Shown piece by piece: positions 31,101 to 40,690 of a stretch of DNA of 64,000 nt (positions are counted from its first letter, which is position 1; the number at the start of each line of letters is the position of its first letter). The notes beneath the pieces were generated by a model, which ran no database searches, was not told the DNA's origin, and saw only the letters and a list, made by a program, of their open reading frames with translations. Source of the stretch: Eutreptiella sp. 'Long Island Sound 2002' (lineage: Eukaryota > Protista > Euglenida); the NCBI GenBank assembly GCA_964036045.1, contig OZ038378.1, positions 7,440,001 to 7,504,000 of the forward strand, written 5' to 3'. Made by a program: the position numbers and the translations under genes.

Positions 31101-33308
31101 ACACTCTTCCAATGGCAACGCCTGAACAGGGAAATGTGCCAAGAAGTGGACCAAAAGCTCAGAACGCTGGGCGTAAACAGAGACGGAACGCTACGACACG
31201 AGTACAATGAAGACGAGTGGCGTTTGGTCCCGTTAGGTCACTGGAACTGGAAGTGGAATGACGCCCGGAAGAACTACCCAACCTACGAGCAGGAGATCAT
31301 GAGCGGAGTCCTGTTGCTGGCAAGCCAGACTCGCATCGTGGGGTCAAACCCTGTTACGTGGTTGTGTGATCAGGAACCGGCACAAGCATTCCTACATAAG
31401 CCTCCACCCGAACAAAAGAGGATCAGGAGATGGTGGACCTTTTTATCACAACTTCGATTGGCGACCTTCCACATTCCTGGCGTGAAGAACGAGTTATGCG
31501 ACTACCTTTCACGAGGTTCGTTCAACGACTTGCTGGGACGAGACACGGAAGAACTCGCGAAGGAGGCTTTCGCTAAGATGGACGTGCAGTTGGACCTCTT
31601 CGCAAAGGCTACACCCTCGAAATCTACGGAATGGAAGGTCACAGACCTGTTGCCCGAGTATCCCATCCTGAAAACGTTGAAGGAGGGACGAAGCTTCGTA
31701 GATGACGGAGGAGTCCAATGGGCACGTACGGCGAGTCACCTGTACAGAGAAGAAGTGATATGTGTACCGTCAACACACGTGAAGTCGATGGGGCGATGGG
31801 CACACAAGACGAACGGACATCCTGGAGTGGAACGAACACGTTGGTTTTTCGAGAAGCATTTCTACACAACCCTGAGCCAAGAGCGATTGAACGAAGTCCT
31901 AAGGGAAGTTTGCATGGAATGCTCATGCTCGAAGGCCAAGCAAAGCACCAGTGCTGATCAAGGTTTAACAGCTCACTTACCAATACCGAGAATGGTGAAC
32001 AGTGTTCTGTACCTGGACTTCACGGAGATGCCCAAGTATTCAGGGCACGACTTCGCCTTGCTCGTGACCTGTGCATTGAGCAGCTACACACGTGTGTTTC
32101 CGCTCACGAAGAGATGCGATGGAGAAACTGTCTTGAAAGAGCTGTTCGAAGGTTGGATACAAGCCTACGGGATGCCGAAACGGATACACAGCGACAGAGA
32201 CATCAGATTTACCTCAAACACTGGCTGGTACACCGGAGTCCTCAAGAACATGGGCGTCGAGGTCGACTTCGGAACGCCGAACTATAAGAGGAAGGACACG
32301 CAGTGCGAGAGGCAGATCAAAGCGTTCAAAGCGATTACAAGAATACTACTTGCCGAAGAAAGTAGCCGCAACTGGATTAAGCTGGTGCCTGTAGCCGTTT
32401 ACATGATGAACAATCAAATCTCAAGTCGGACCGGATACGCTCCCACCGAATTGTTTTTGGGACATCCGGGTTTCTTTTACGAGTTCCCTACCGCGGACGA
32501 TTGCAACGTGAAGGTGAAAGGATGGCTTGAAGAGCAAAGAACCATGGCTGAGAAGGCACAAGAGCTGCTGACCAGAGTGCGTAATCGAGAACACCGTCGA
32601 CAAAACAGAGGGAAATCACACGCCGAGTACAGAGAGGGAGACCTGGTACTCGTTCATCATACTCGTTTTCCTCGATGGCCACGAAACGACCTGGATCTGC
32701 CGTACTTCGGACCGTACCTGGTGACAGAAGTTGGGCCCAGTACTGTCAAAGTTAAGGCGAGCCCAAGCATGGGAGGGTTCGTCGATGTGGGTTACAACCA
32801 ACTAAAAAGGTACACCGCGGTGGAAGATGACGACCTGGAAGCATGGGAAGAACTGGCGATCGAGGCGGAGAGGTCGAAGATGGCGGCTGACGAGGACGAG
32901 AACGAAGGCGGCGTGCAAGAAGAAGACGGGGTACAGCAGCTTCCTGAAATGGACGACGAAGAAATGAAAGAGAAGGACTGCTACACTGTGGACGCGATCC
33001 TGCAGCACAAGTACAAGCACGGGTGGCGATTTCTCACACGATGGGCTGAATACGAAGTTAGCGACAGCACGTGGGAACCTATCAGCGCATTCGTGTTAGA
33101 CAACGGTAATCTGACATACCAGTTTGTCTCGTACTGTCGGCTGCACGATCTCAGTGGGATCCTAGAAACGGCAAGGAAGATGGCTCAAAGGAAGTCGGAA
33201 CGAACGCTACGTCGCGAAGAGAAAAGGGAAGAGACACGGAAACGAGTAGACGATGAGCAAGAGCCAGAGGCAGTGCCAAGAAGGAGCAAAAGATTGCGAG
33301 CAAACTGA
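28125..33308 (+). CDS. pol: Pol of element 2: protease - Dam-like MTase - RT - RNase H - integrase - chromodomain
   Basis: PR IDTGA (28200); MTase ELFA (28719) and YANPPF (NPPF at 28833-28844); RT RLVVDYQ, MPFGI, HIDD (30609); RH TDASDVGGG, CDQ; IN H-x4-H..C, LDF, SDR, CERQ; chromodomain YTVDAILQHK..RWAEY..TWEP from 32982. No ATG near the start; frame is open from the gag TAG. Confidence 0.95.
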   Translation, partial: GGGSLGKGYLLPVEVTEASAIESFIDTGATSSIMAAKHVPEGEIEYAPSVGIRIGDGRICLTEGKYRGTVILGRRRLPKSFLVLETDAFDAVLGEDFFEENPEIRYLGLQSPRHLLVRTDDGEWEKVHLEETAEIVEGVKVLRDISFDLDTEVKVEGLLRLEKEMLLTLETYTLATEMKVHAYEELNIEGDPCGDDFIELFANHVNTDSELYCWRQGNSAWWYDWRDLGRWKYLYANPPFSQMEKVLTKVVLEGARVILVVPEEGKWMKKAWRELLTKLTITQVRLPDVPMYKVDYGVELLPAPKWRTNLCLVDGSLNPVAREDLNPEVVEKITKNNRGWGRKHMLQHFLDLKESQQDRKREDMKVTIKELPKGNREFPAEEKGELSEEAHDSDGLSEAPSISTIAPVTEGSYPTSMEYEDMFNDVLLACENEELLLRRTIEENLQPKSEWHGFQYGFETKKRKTNLAKPTESWPMSTQDREEVKALLWTRIDQIQKEELKDLWKSKVYLPDHDDGATDEYSEVLNYTDLCDLLEEYRETTDYYADEELNTGGAKRCKKNKRQRKKERTKRCERAFGLTEVGIPEEVKPDGLHNQKKDEFGRSNLQASEDFMSKVKEHDERVWNILHKYQEVFGPLPSPGTCKKLVPLDLELKEEHAKDRIRSKPYPCSKADMDEIMRQVLECVEAGLIEEYKEGDYPKHCSPCFLVAKPGSTAKRLVVDYQKLNRKIKQHSGSLPFMENTVENAADCKFKTKMDKRSGFWQVDLTERAKDMMAFITPQGRIFKWRVMPFGISNAPALFQEMMSQVLCLVKKRPAVQELLTRGAVLEAHIDDVLLGTNSVEDHLVLLSEFFEVCQEQHLRIKLETCEFLRSEMEYLGFTIGPGWWKPTDAKLRPLLDFDLSEVNGKAEGVKKIRQFVGSCNFYRRHLKNFTFSSAPLTDLIKNETKWQWTEKEQAALEEMKGKLKNCLILGVPRPVGEMLLVTDASDVGGGGTLFQWQRLNREMCQEVDQKLRTLGVNRDGTLRHEYNEDEWRLVPLGHWNWKWNDARKNYPTYEQEIMSGVLLLASQTRIVGSNPVTWLCDQEPAQAFLHKPPPEQKRIRRWWTFLSQLRLATFHIPGVKNELCDYLSRGSFNDLLGRDTEELAKEAFAKMDVQLDLFAKATPSKSTEWKVTDLLPEYPILKTLKEGRSFVDDGGVQWARTASHLYREEVICVPSTHVKSMGRWAHKTNGHPGVERTRWFFEKHFYTTLSQERLNEVLREVCMECSCSKAKQSTSADQGLTAHLPIPRMVNSVLYLDFTEMPKYSGHDFALLVTCALSSYTRVFPLTKRCDGETVLKELFEGWIQAYGMPKRIHSDRDIRFTSNTGWYTGVLKNMGVEVDFGTPNYKRKDTQCERQIKAFKAITRILLAEESSRNWIKLVPVAVYMMNNQISSRTGYAPTELFLGHPGFFYEFPTADDCNVKVKGWLEEQRTMAEKAQELLTRVRNREHRRQNRGKSHAEYREGDLVLVHHTRFPRWPRNDLDLPYFGPYLVTEVGPSTVKVKASPSMGGFVDVGYNQLKRYTAVEDDDLEAWEELAIEAERSKMAADEDENEGGVQEEDGVQQLPEMDDEEMKEKDCYTVDAILQHKYKHGWRFLTRWAEYEVSDSTWEPISAFVLDNGNLTYQFVSYCRLHDLSGILETARKMAQRKSERTLRREEKREETRKRVDDEQEPEAVPRRSKRLRAN

Positions 33309-33934
33309 CCTCCGAATACGAGATGACCGTAGAGGTGCATCCAGGTTAAGTATGTGTTGGAGATGAAGTTGTGGTAGGCGGCGATGTAGATGGAGAGCAG
33401 CGCGGCGACGACGGCGGCGTGGGTTGCGCGCTGCTGCTGCTCAGGGCTGATGCCCTCCACTTCCACGATCACCTCCACGTCCTCAACCTCCAAGAGGGAT
33501 TCGTCCTGAGGGAGAGCGGGAGGACCATGGCGAGGAGGGATTACCCACTCCTCGGGCACAGGAACACTGGGGCCTGGAGGGTCCCAGGTCCACTCCCAGT
33601 GGACCCCAGCAGGGGTGAGCCGGGGGGCGCGCCGCATGGAGCGGCGGGGCACGCCTGGAAGCGCGGCGCCTCCTGATCCGAACCACTGGGCAGGACTTGC
33701 AGTTGGAGTCTGCAAGATCCAAGCCCCATGGAGCGGAACCCACGTCGGCGCGGTCAACCCAGCAGGCCGTCCGTGCTCATACGCCGTGTTGACGTACGAC
33801 GGCAGCGACGGAGGCGGGTTGCTGGGGAGATGTGGGGTTTGAGGGGCGACTGGCACAGGCACTGCAAGAGCAGCAGCTGGCGCAGTCGCCGCAGAAGAGC
33901 CCCAACGGCGGGGGACACTCTTCTTTTTAACCAT
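33185..33934 (-). CDS. Antisense extra ORF in the 3' region of element 2 (249 aa from ATG 33934)
   Basis: Long ORF 33185..33967. A strong polypyrimidine tract plus AG (33937-33936) lies 1 nt before ATG 33934. Pro/Trp-rich, then an acidic stretch and a hydrophobic segment. Confidence 0.55.
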   Translation of the reverse strand: MVKKKSVPRRWGSSAATAPAAALAVPVPVAPQTPHLPSNPPPSLPSYVNTAYEHGRPAGLTAPTWVPLHGAWILQTPTASPAQWFGSGGAALPGVPRRSMRRAPRLTPAGVHWEWTWDPPGPSVPVPEEWVIPPRHGPPALPQDESLLEVEDVEVIVEVEGISPEQQQRATHAAVVAALLSIYIAAYHNFISNTYLTWMHLYGHLVFGGQFARNLLLLLGTASGSCSSSTRFRVSSLFSSRRSVRSDFL

Positions 33935-34873
33935 ACTGTTGACAAGAAAAAGAAATAAAAAAGGCACGAAAAGACTGACTTATGCAAGCTGAAGGGAGTA
34001 GTCTGCAAAATTGGAACAAGTCTGAAGCGCGATATCTGAAGCGCGCACGTGCGCTTTGTTTGAGACCAGGGGGGAAAGCAAGACGACCCAAGAAGAGTGC
34101 CTGACTTGAAACTCTGCTGTTTGTTGACTGTTTAACCACGGACTGTTTGTTTGCAATAGTCCAGAGAGAGTTAGGAATAGGTGGAGTGTGACTGACTGTA
34201 CACTGCTGACTGAAAACACTGTTGCGCCTGAGTGTAGTAGATACTGGAAGGGTAGTTGGTTTTGAGACCCTAAGGTTAGGTTTGTATGGCACTGCCCCGC
34301 AAAGGAGTCGGTACCCCAGCAAATCTGTGCGTTCGTCAACCTGCACAATCACTATATCAGACGGATGCAAAATCGTCGACGCGCTGGGCCAAAATGAAGT
34401 AAATCGAACTTGGAGTCGACTGAACGAATGGCCGAAGCATCAAAGAAGGCCTATGAAGACTGAAGTCAATGGAGGACTATGACGACTGCGAAGCCTCCAG
34501 GAGAATGAGTACTGAGGACTGAGGCCCTTCGAAAAGATGCGAATTGCGTGAAGAACGACAACCGTCCTGCGTCGTCCCCAACGCGCGAATGGGAGGATGA
34601 GCAAGGAATACAACAAGATCCAGCCGCAGTGCAGAAGAGGATGAGGACAGCGACAACGCGTCTGAAAGGAATCGAGTACAACGCGTGGCTGTGGACCTCG
34701 AGCAGGGCAGCGTCGAGGCCTTGAAGAGCGACAGCGACCTGGTGGGAGTCTGAAGGATCGTAGCAGTGAGGAGTCGTCAACAGCGACAAGATCGGCGCCA
34801 ATCACAACACCGCAGCGTCGAAAGGCCACGAAGACGCGGCGAAGTACGCCCACGTGGTCTTCGACGAGGGGGG

Positions 34874-35413
34874 AGTGAAGTGGACCCACAATCCTAAGCA
34901 CCACAGGTTAAAAAGGTTTTGACAGATCGACACATTGATGTCATTTTACTGGCATGCATGTCATTTGCTGATGCATGATGATCATGATTTGGATGGTCAC
35001 TGATGCATGATGATCATGATTTGGATGGTCATTTATACTGATTTTGTATCATTGCAACCCTGTGTCTCTAAGGCTATTGGAGTCGCTTTTACTACTATTT
35101 AACACAGTTTCGTGCTATGCGCCCCTCTTTGAGTGGGAGCCTTTGTGGGCTATTGGCGCTATTCATTCTTTTGCTCTTGGTAGGAAATACCCATGGTGGT
35201 CACATGTGCACAACACAAATAACAAGCAAAGGGCAATAGAGAAAGCAAATAAGCAAAGCGTGTAAAGTAAACGAAGTGAATGGAAGACTGCGAGTGTAAA
35301 TAAGTCAGTGGTTTGTCACATACTCTGTGTTTGTACAGCCTCAGTGTGATACAATGAATGAGTCCAAGGTGCAGTGCTTTCTAAGGGGTGCTGGTTAGAG
35401 CCTAAATCTTAGT
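34874..35413 (+). repeat. 3' LTR of element 2
   Basis: Direct repeat of 23540-24079, preceded by PPT. Confidence 0.93.
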
Positions 35414-35450
35414 ACAACAACAACAACAACAGCAACAACAACAACAACAG

Positions 35451-35481
<31 letters not shown>
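35414..35481. repeat. (CAA)n microsatellite
   Basis: ACAACAAC... with CAG interruptions; its first units lie left of element 2 at 23531-23539. Confidence 0.95.
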
Positions 35482-38400
35482 AGCAGCATCCGTAACCAGT
35501 TTGTGTGTTGCGCACATGGCTTGGGCACCACCCCACGGATTACCCCTTTCATACTACTACTTCATATTCATGGTATTGTATGTACCAGCGGTTGAGTGCA
35601 TTTGGATGGTTAGTGTTGGTGGTTTTGTCCATTTAGGAGAGCTAGATCAGGGGGCTAAGGAACATACTTTCACCGTGGCTATGAACGTATTGGTTAATAC
35701 CCAACCTATGTACTTTATTTATGCACACTAAGTCAACGCAAAACAACTAGCAACTGTTTGTCAGAAAAATGATATTTTAGAAAACAGTAAATTGAGTGAA
35801 GCCCTGAAACAAGCACCCAACTTTGAAGAAAACTCATGGCAAAACATATTCAACAAATACCTGTTTGCGCAGAGGTTGGAAAACAATGATGATCGTAGCT
35901 TGGTTGGCCTATGGCTAGTGGGCAAATTGAAAAAAACAACTGACTTGAAAACAAGCCACCTTACCAATGGCCTTCAGCTAAGGACGGAAAGTCCAAATTG
36001 CCATGCAGGAGACTGATAGAGATGCCACGCTTTCTCATGGATCTAATGGAGTATGGGTATGCCAAACCAAAAATATGTATGGCTTGTGGCATAGGGATTT
36101 GCCTTGTACATGAAAAATAATTTTGAACCATTTTGATGGTTTACTGACTTATCCACTGATTTGGATGTTGAAGATTGCAACCTAAATTCGCCAATCCGCT
36201 GCATTTTTGGGAGCCTGCAGAAGTATACACAAAGATTGGCAGGTGCGGTCTTTGCAATTTAAATCCCGCACCTTGGGTGTTAATCGTTCTCACCTTGTGC
36301 ATTCCGGTGGTGGTGTGCATGTCACGCAACCCAGTACACCAATCTATAAGTTATTTGTTGGCTGATGCACCGCAAAAATGCCCCACCTTTTTCAATACAC
36401 TGCTGGTGTCATTGCACCTGCCTTCCAGCGCAGTACGTCGCAACGTCAAAAGGCCCTACCTAAGTGTGGGTTGTGTAATGGTGTAGTTTCCTCTGCCAAC
36501 TGTCCCACTCGTGGCAGACAAAGCATGTGTCATACACACCAAGGAGGTGCCATGGTTGTGCCACTTTTGCTTCTCCACAACAGGCACCTACACCGTCCGT
36601 GCTTTCCCCGTTTTCAACAAAGAGTTTATGAATTGTAGCAGGGCACTGCAATAATTCGGCTGCCATCAGCGTGCGTCCCGTGGCTCACCAGTCACACCAC
36701 CCTTTGCAACCTTGTACCTATGTACACATATTGGGGGTACCACAGCTCAGCAATCTAAAACCCTCCGATGGAGCTGATGAGCATGGAATATGTGAACTGC
36801 GCCACAAGCATTGGGGGCCAAACTTGCAAATCCAGGGTCCCCAGAGCGGGGAGGATGGAAATGGCTGCATAATGCATACCTCCTCCTGTATCGGACTCTC
36901 CCAGACCGGAAATCTTGAACAGCACCCGGGACAGTGCTGGTTGGGCATTGAGGCCTAATAACGAGCCCAGCGCGACAATGTTCCCCCCTGGTCTTGAAAC
37001 CATGACGGCAAAAATTCTTCTTGAAGGCAAAAAAAAAAACTTCAGGAAAAGAATCATTGGATTGGCGCAACCACCCTCTGTTGCACACTCTGTGACCTCC
37101 AGCAGGCTCATAACAAGAAAAAACAAACTGCAAAACGAAACATCCCAATGATCAAAACTGTTTTGTGTTCACAAACACATACAGCAGGGTCATTGTGAAG
37201 CACCATAGACGTTGCCTATGTAGCACACAGCTACCAAAAACAGGCCGAAAAAATCCAGAAGGGGGGTATGGGTTTACACAAGGGTGCTGCTGTTCACAAG
37301 TTTGCCAAGCGCACAGTTCTAGCATATGCTCACATGCTTATGGTGGCCATCACATTATGTCCACACACCCACACGCACCATGGGCCAAAGCACGCTGAGA
37401 GATCGCAATAGCACTTGGTTGCATCTTTTGGGCCATTGCAAAACAATGCAAAACAAAGGGTAGTCAACGTGCAGGGTACTAGGGCACCCACATAGCTGCA
37501 GCACAGCCAAAATACCCCCTGTTAGCGAACCTGGGGACGTGCCCTGCATGCAAGAGGCACATCTAACAAATCATCCAAAATAAGACACCTGGAGCAGCTG
37601 TAGAAGCAACCACTACAACTTCAAGCTCTGATGTGTTGAGAAACACATGACAGGCATGCAATTGTGAATGACCGCAACAATCCCTGTAAGATAATGATGA
37701 TGAAGCTGCAGCACCGGAGTAGAAATGAGAGGTCAGCACTAATAGATGACAGTGAGCGACAGCAAATTGCCTGCACTGAACACCTGCAAAGGGGGAACAC
37801 GTGACTGATACCCAAAGCTGGTCGGGACGCAGACCAAGGATTCAATTAACTTCTTTGGTGGGCACAAAGCATCAAGAATATCCAACAATGCTGCAATATT
37901 GGCCATGTGCTACATCCACTGCAGAAAGCTGAGAGTCCCAACAGGCCTAAAGAGATGCAGGTACCTGCACCAAAAAGGATGCATCAGCATGGCACAATCA
38001 TTACCACCTCATGGGGATTTCGCCCCCTGTGTTGTCCCCATCAAATGGCTTGCACTTGGGGGGAGTTGTTGCATGGTGCGGCACTTTTTTGTTTCAGAGG
38101 TTTTACCCAGCGACGAGCCCCTCTTAGAACCAGTGTGGCAGGAATTCCTAGAGGCTTGTGGATGATTCTTGGGGGCTTCTGGATGGTTTCTGTCACTTCC
38201 TGGGGGGTTCTGGTTGGTGTTTGTTACTTCTTGGTGGATTTTGGATGGTTCCTGTCAATCTCCGGTGGCTTCTGGGTGGTTGCTGTTTATCATTGGTGGC
38301 TTCTGCACGGTTGCCGCTATTTCATGGACAACTGCTCTCCCACCAACTTCGTACCAGACACATGTCACTCAAGGCCACATTGCCTGGGGGTTACACACTG

Positions 38401-40690
38401 CGCCCTCTCAAACGGAGAGGCCATCTGAGGAGGCATCTCCCCAGTTAACATTTGGAGGGCCTGCTGGCGCTGTGCCGGGTCCGTGTAGTGAACTTTCTCA
38501 CTGTGATTGAGAAGGTCACGCGGATTGGTGTGGTGCGCTTTGTCAGCAGCCCACAATAATTTCTTCTGCCCCTTTTCTGAACGTGGTTGTGTGCAAAAAA
38601 AAAACAAAAAAACCCAGATTGTGGTGACGAGCCCAACACAGTGGCTGAAAGCCGATCATTGCTACTGATGCAAAGGCAGAAAACATGGATACCACGGGTG
38701 ACAAAGACATGGTTGGTCCAAGCTCAGGGAGAGCAAATGATATGTGTACCGTGGTCTACACCGGCCGTTAAAAACACATGCTAAGAGGGCGCCGCACGCA
38801 CCCCACCACAGCACACCTTATTACAACACCGTGCCATTTGGCCTGAAATGGGGCATGCACAAAAATTCTATTGCCTTCGGCAAGGCACCTCGAAGAGGGA
38901 GGGAGCACATTGGGTGCTAGAACACTAGAGTCAGTCAGTCAGGCAGACAATCAAACAATCAGTCAGTCAGTCAGTCATTCAGTCCGTCACACAACCAGTC
39001 AGGCAGTCACTCAGGCAGGCAGTCAGTCAGCCCTCCCAACTTCACAGTTGAAGTCGAGGTATCTAATCCCCCTCCTGATATGACAAAGTGTCGGAAATTG
39101 TTTGAGGTTCCTGCTCGTACTCCGTTGCCACTGCTCTTCGCCGTTGCCTCCCTTCGCACTGGGAAGGCCCACTCGAAGCGGCTGCGCCGTTTCTTGGTCT
39201 CCATGGGCAGTGAATTGTGGCCGCCAACGTACCGCACATTCTTTGTGCCGTTGCATTTCACATCATGTGCCCCCCATACACACATCCCTGCGCCGTCCTC
39301 GGTACCCCCTGGAGCAAGAAGACGAGGCGCACACAAGAAGACGCCCCGATTCTACCAGGTTGCCCATCTACTTCGCCGAGAAGCAGATCCAGGGCTGTCC
39401 TTAGTGGAAAAAAGAGAAGGTAGGTCTCTCAGTACACAGTCAGAAAATGACCAGCCAACAGCAATGGTTGGCCATCAACTGCCGTCAGTTGACCGCCGAC
39501 CGCCCTCGGTAACTGCCAGCCACGCGGCCAATGCACCACAATCCCACCACCCAAAACTCCAGGCTGACCTCTGTGGGAAAAACAACAACAACACGGAGAA
39601 TGACCTGCTCAGGGTGACAGTCCTGAGCAGGTCATCAGGGAATGTCCTGGGGCAGGTTGGGTGCAGGCTCCTGAGGCTTCACAGCAGGAGAAACAGGTGT
39701 GCGATTTTTGATTGGGATGTTCATGTTGACGTGCAACACATTGGGAGAACACAAATCAATGGCAATCCGCAAATGAAGCGGAAAGTGAGGTGCCTTGCAG
39801 ACCGGAGATTGGTAAAGACTGCCCCCACAATCTGGACATGGGGCATGTACTCGCCACACATGAAATACGCCTTGTCTGAGGCACAGCGGCGTACGGACGG
39901 AATTGATTTGGGACTTTTGTACCTTGGAGGGTACGGTGTCATGCATATTGAACACGTGTCAGTCTCGTTCAAACCAAGCAACATGGACCCCGTGCACTCT
40001 GAAACAGCAATTCGCAGTGGTTCGAATTTATGAGTGACCAGGATAGCTGAGAAAAATCAACAGATAGTGGCACCTCTTTTGCACGCGGGGGGTACAAAAG
40101 CCAACATGCAACCACCCCAGCCAGACACACTCAGAAAATTTGAACAGCAAATCATAGATCTGCAGTCTTCCGGCAAACAGTGCAGTTTGAACCCAACAGT
40201 CTGGCTTCTTTACGCATCACTACATTTTTCTACCGAACCCAATTCCGGACTCAAAATAATACGGTCCGTACTCCACGAACCTTGGGACTTCGACAATCTT
40301 GGACAACAAAGTTGGACAAGCTATATCTTGGGAAAAAGGGGTGGGGGGACTACATCCTTTTTTTTGGTTCACCAACTGATGCTGCACAACATGCCCACAT
40401 TGCTCGGCGTACTGTCAGAAACCACGTGACTCAAATGGAGATCCTTTGGCAGCATGACACAAGCACCACTGAGACACAATGCCGCCAGTGCTCATGATTG
40501 GATATCTGGCTCGTTTTTCTGCCCGGAACGAACGTGGGGTTACCTGCACACAAACACACACACAGACACACGCACGCACATGCTCAGGTGCAACACGAAG
40601 AACAAATATCCGATCTTAACAATGATAACATCAACATAATTTGTCAATAATCATGACAACAACGAGAGCAGCCAGCAGCGTCACGGGAGC

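Larger units (their letters stand above)
23540..35413 (+). mobile_element. Ty3/Gypsy chromodomain LTR retrotransposon (element 2), gag interrupted by a nested DNA transposon
   Basis: 540-bp LTRs 23540-24079 and 34874-35413 (no difference seen by eye). PBS TGGTAGCAGAGC at 24079. PPT GAGGGGGG just before 34874. Probable TSD ACAAC (23535-23539 and 35414-35418) at the edge of a (CAA)n tract. Confidence 0.95.

Noticed and set aside
34440-34904. Second antisense ORF pair near the 3' LTR of element 2
   Set aside because: No ATG start, overlapping alternative frames and no recognisable motif; insufficient support.
10975-35420. Classifying the MTase-bearing elements as DIRS
   Set aside because: They have direct LTRs, TSDs, PBS/PPT and a DDE integrase with chromodomain, and no tyrosine recombinase; the MTase-like domain precedes RT.
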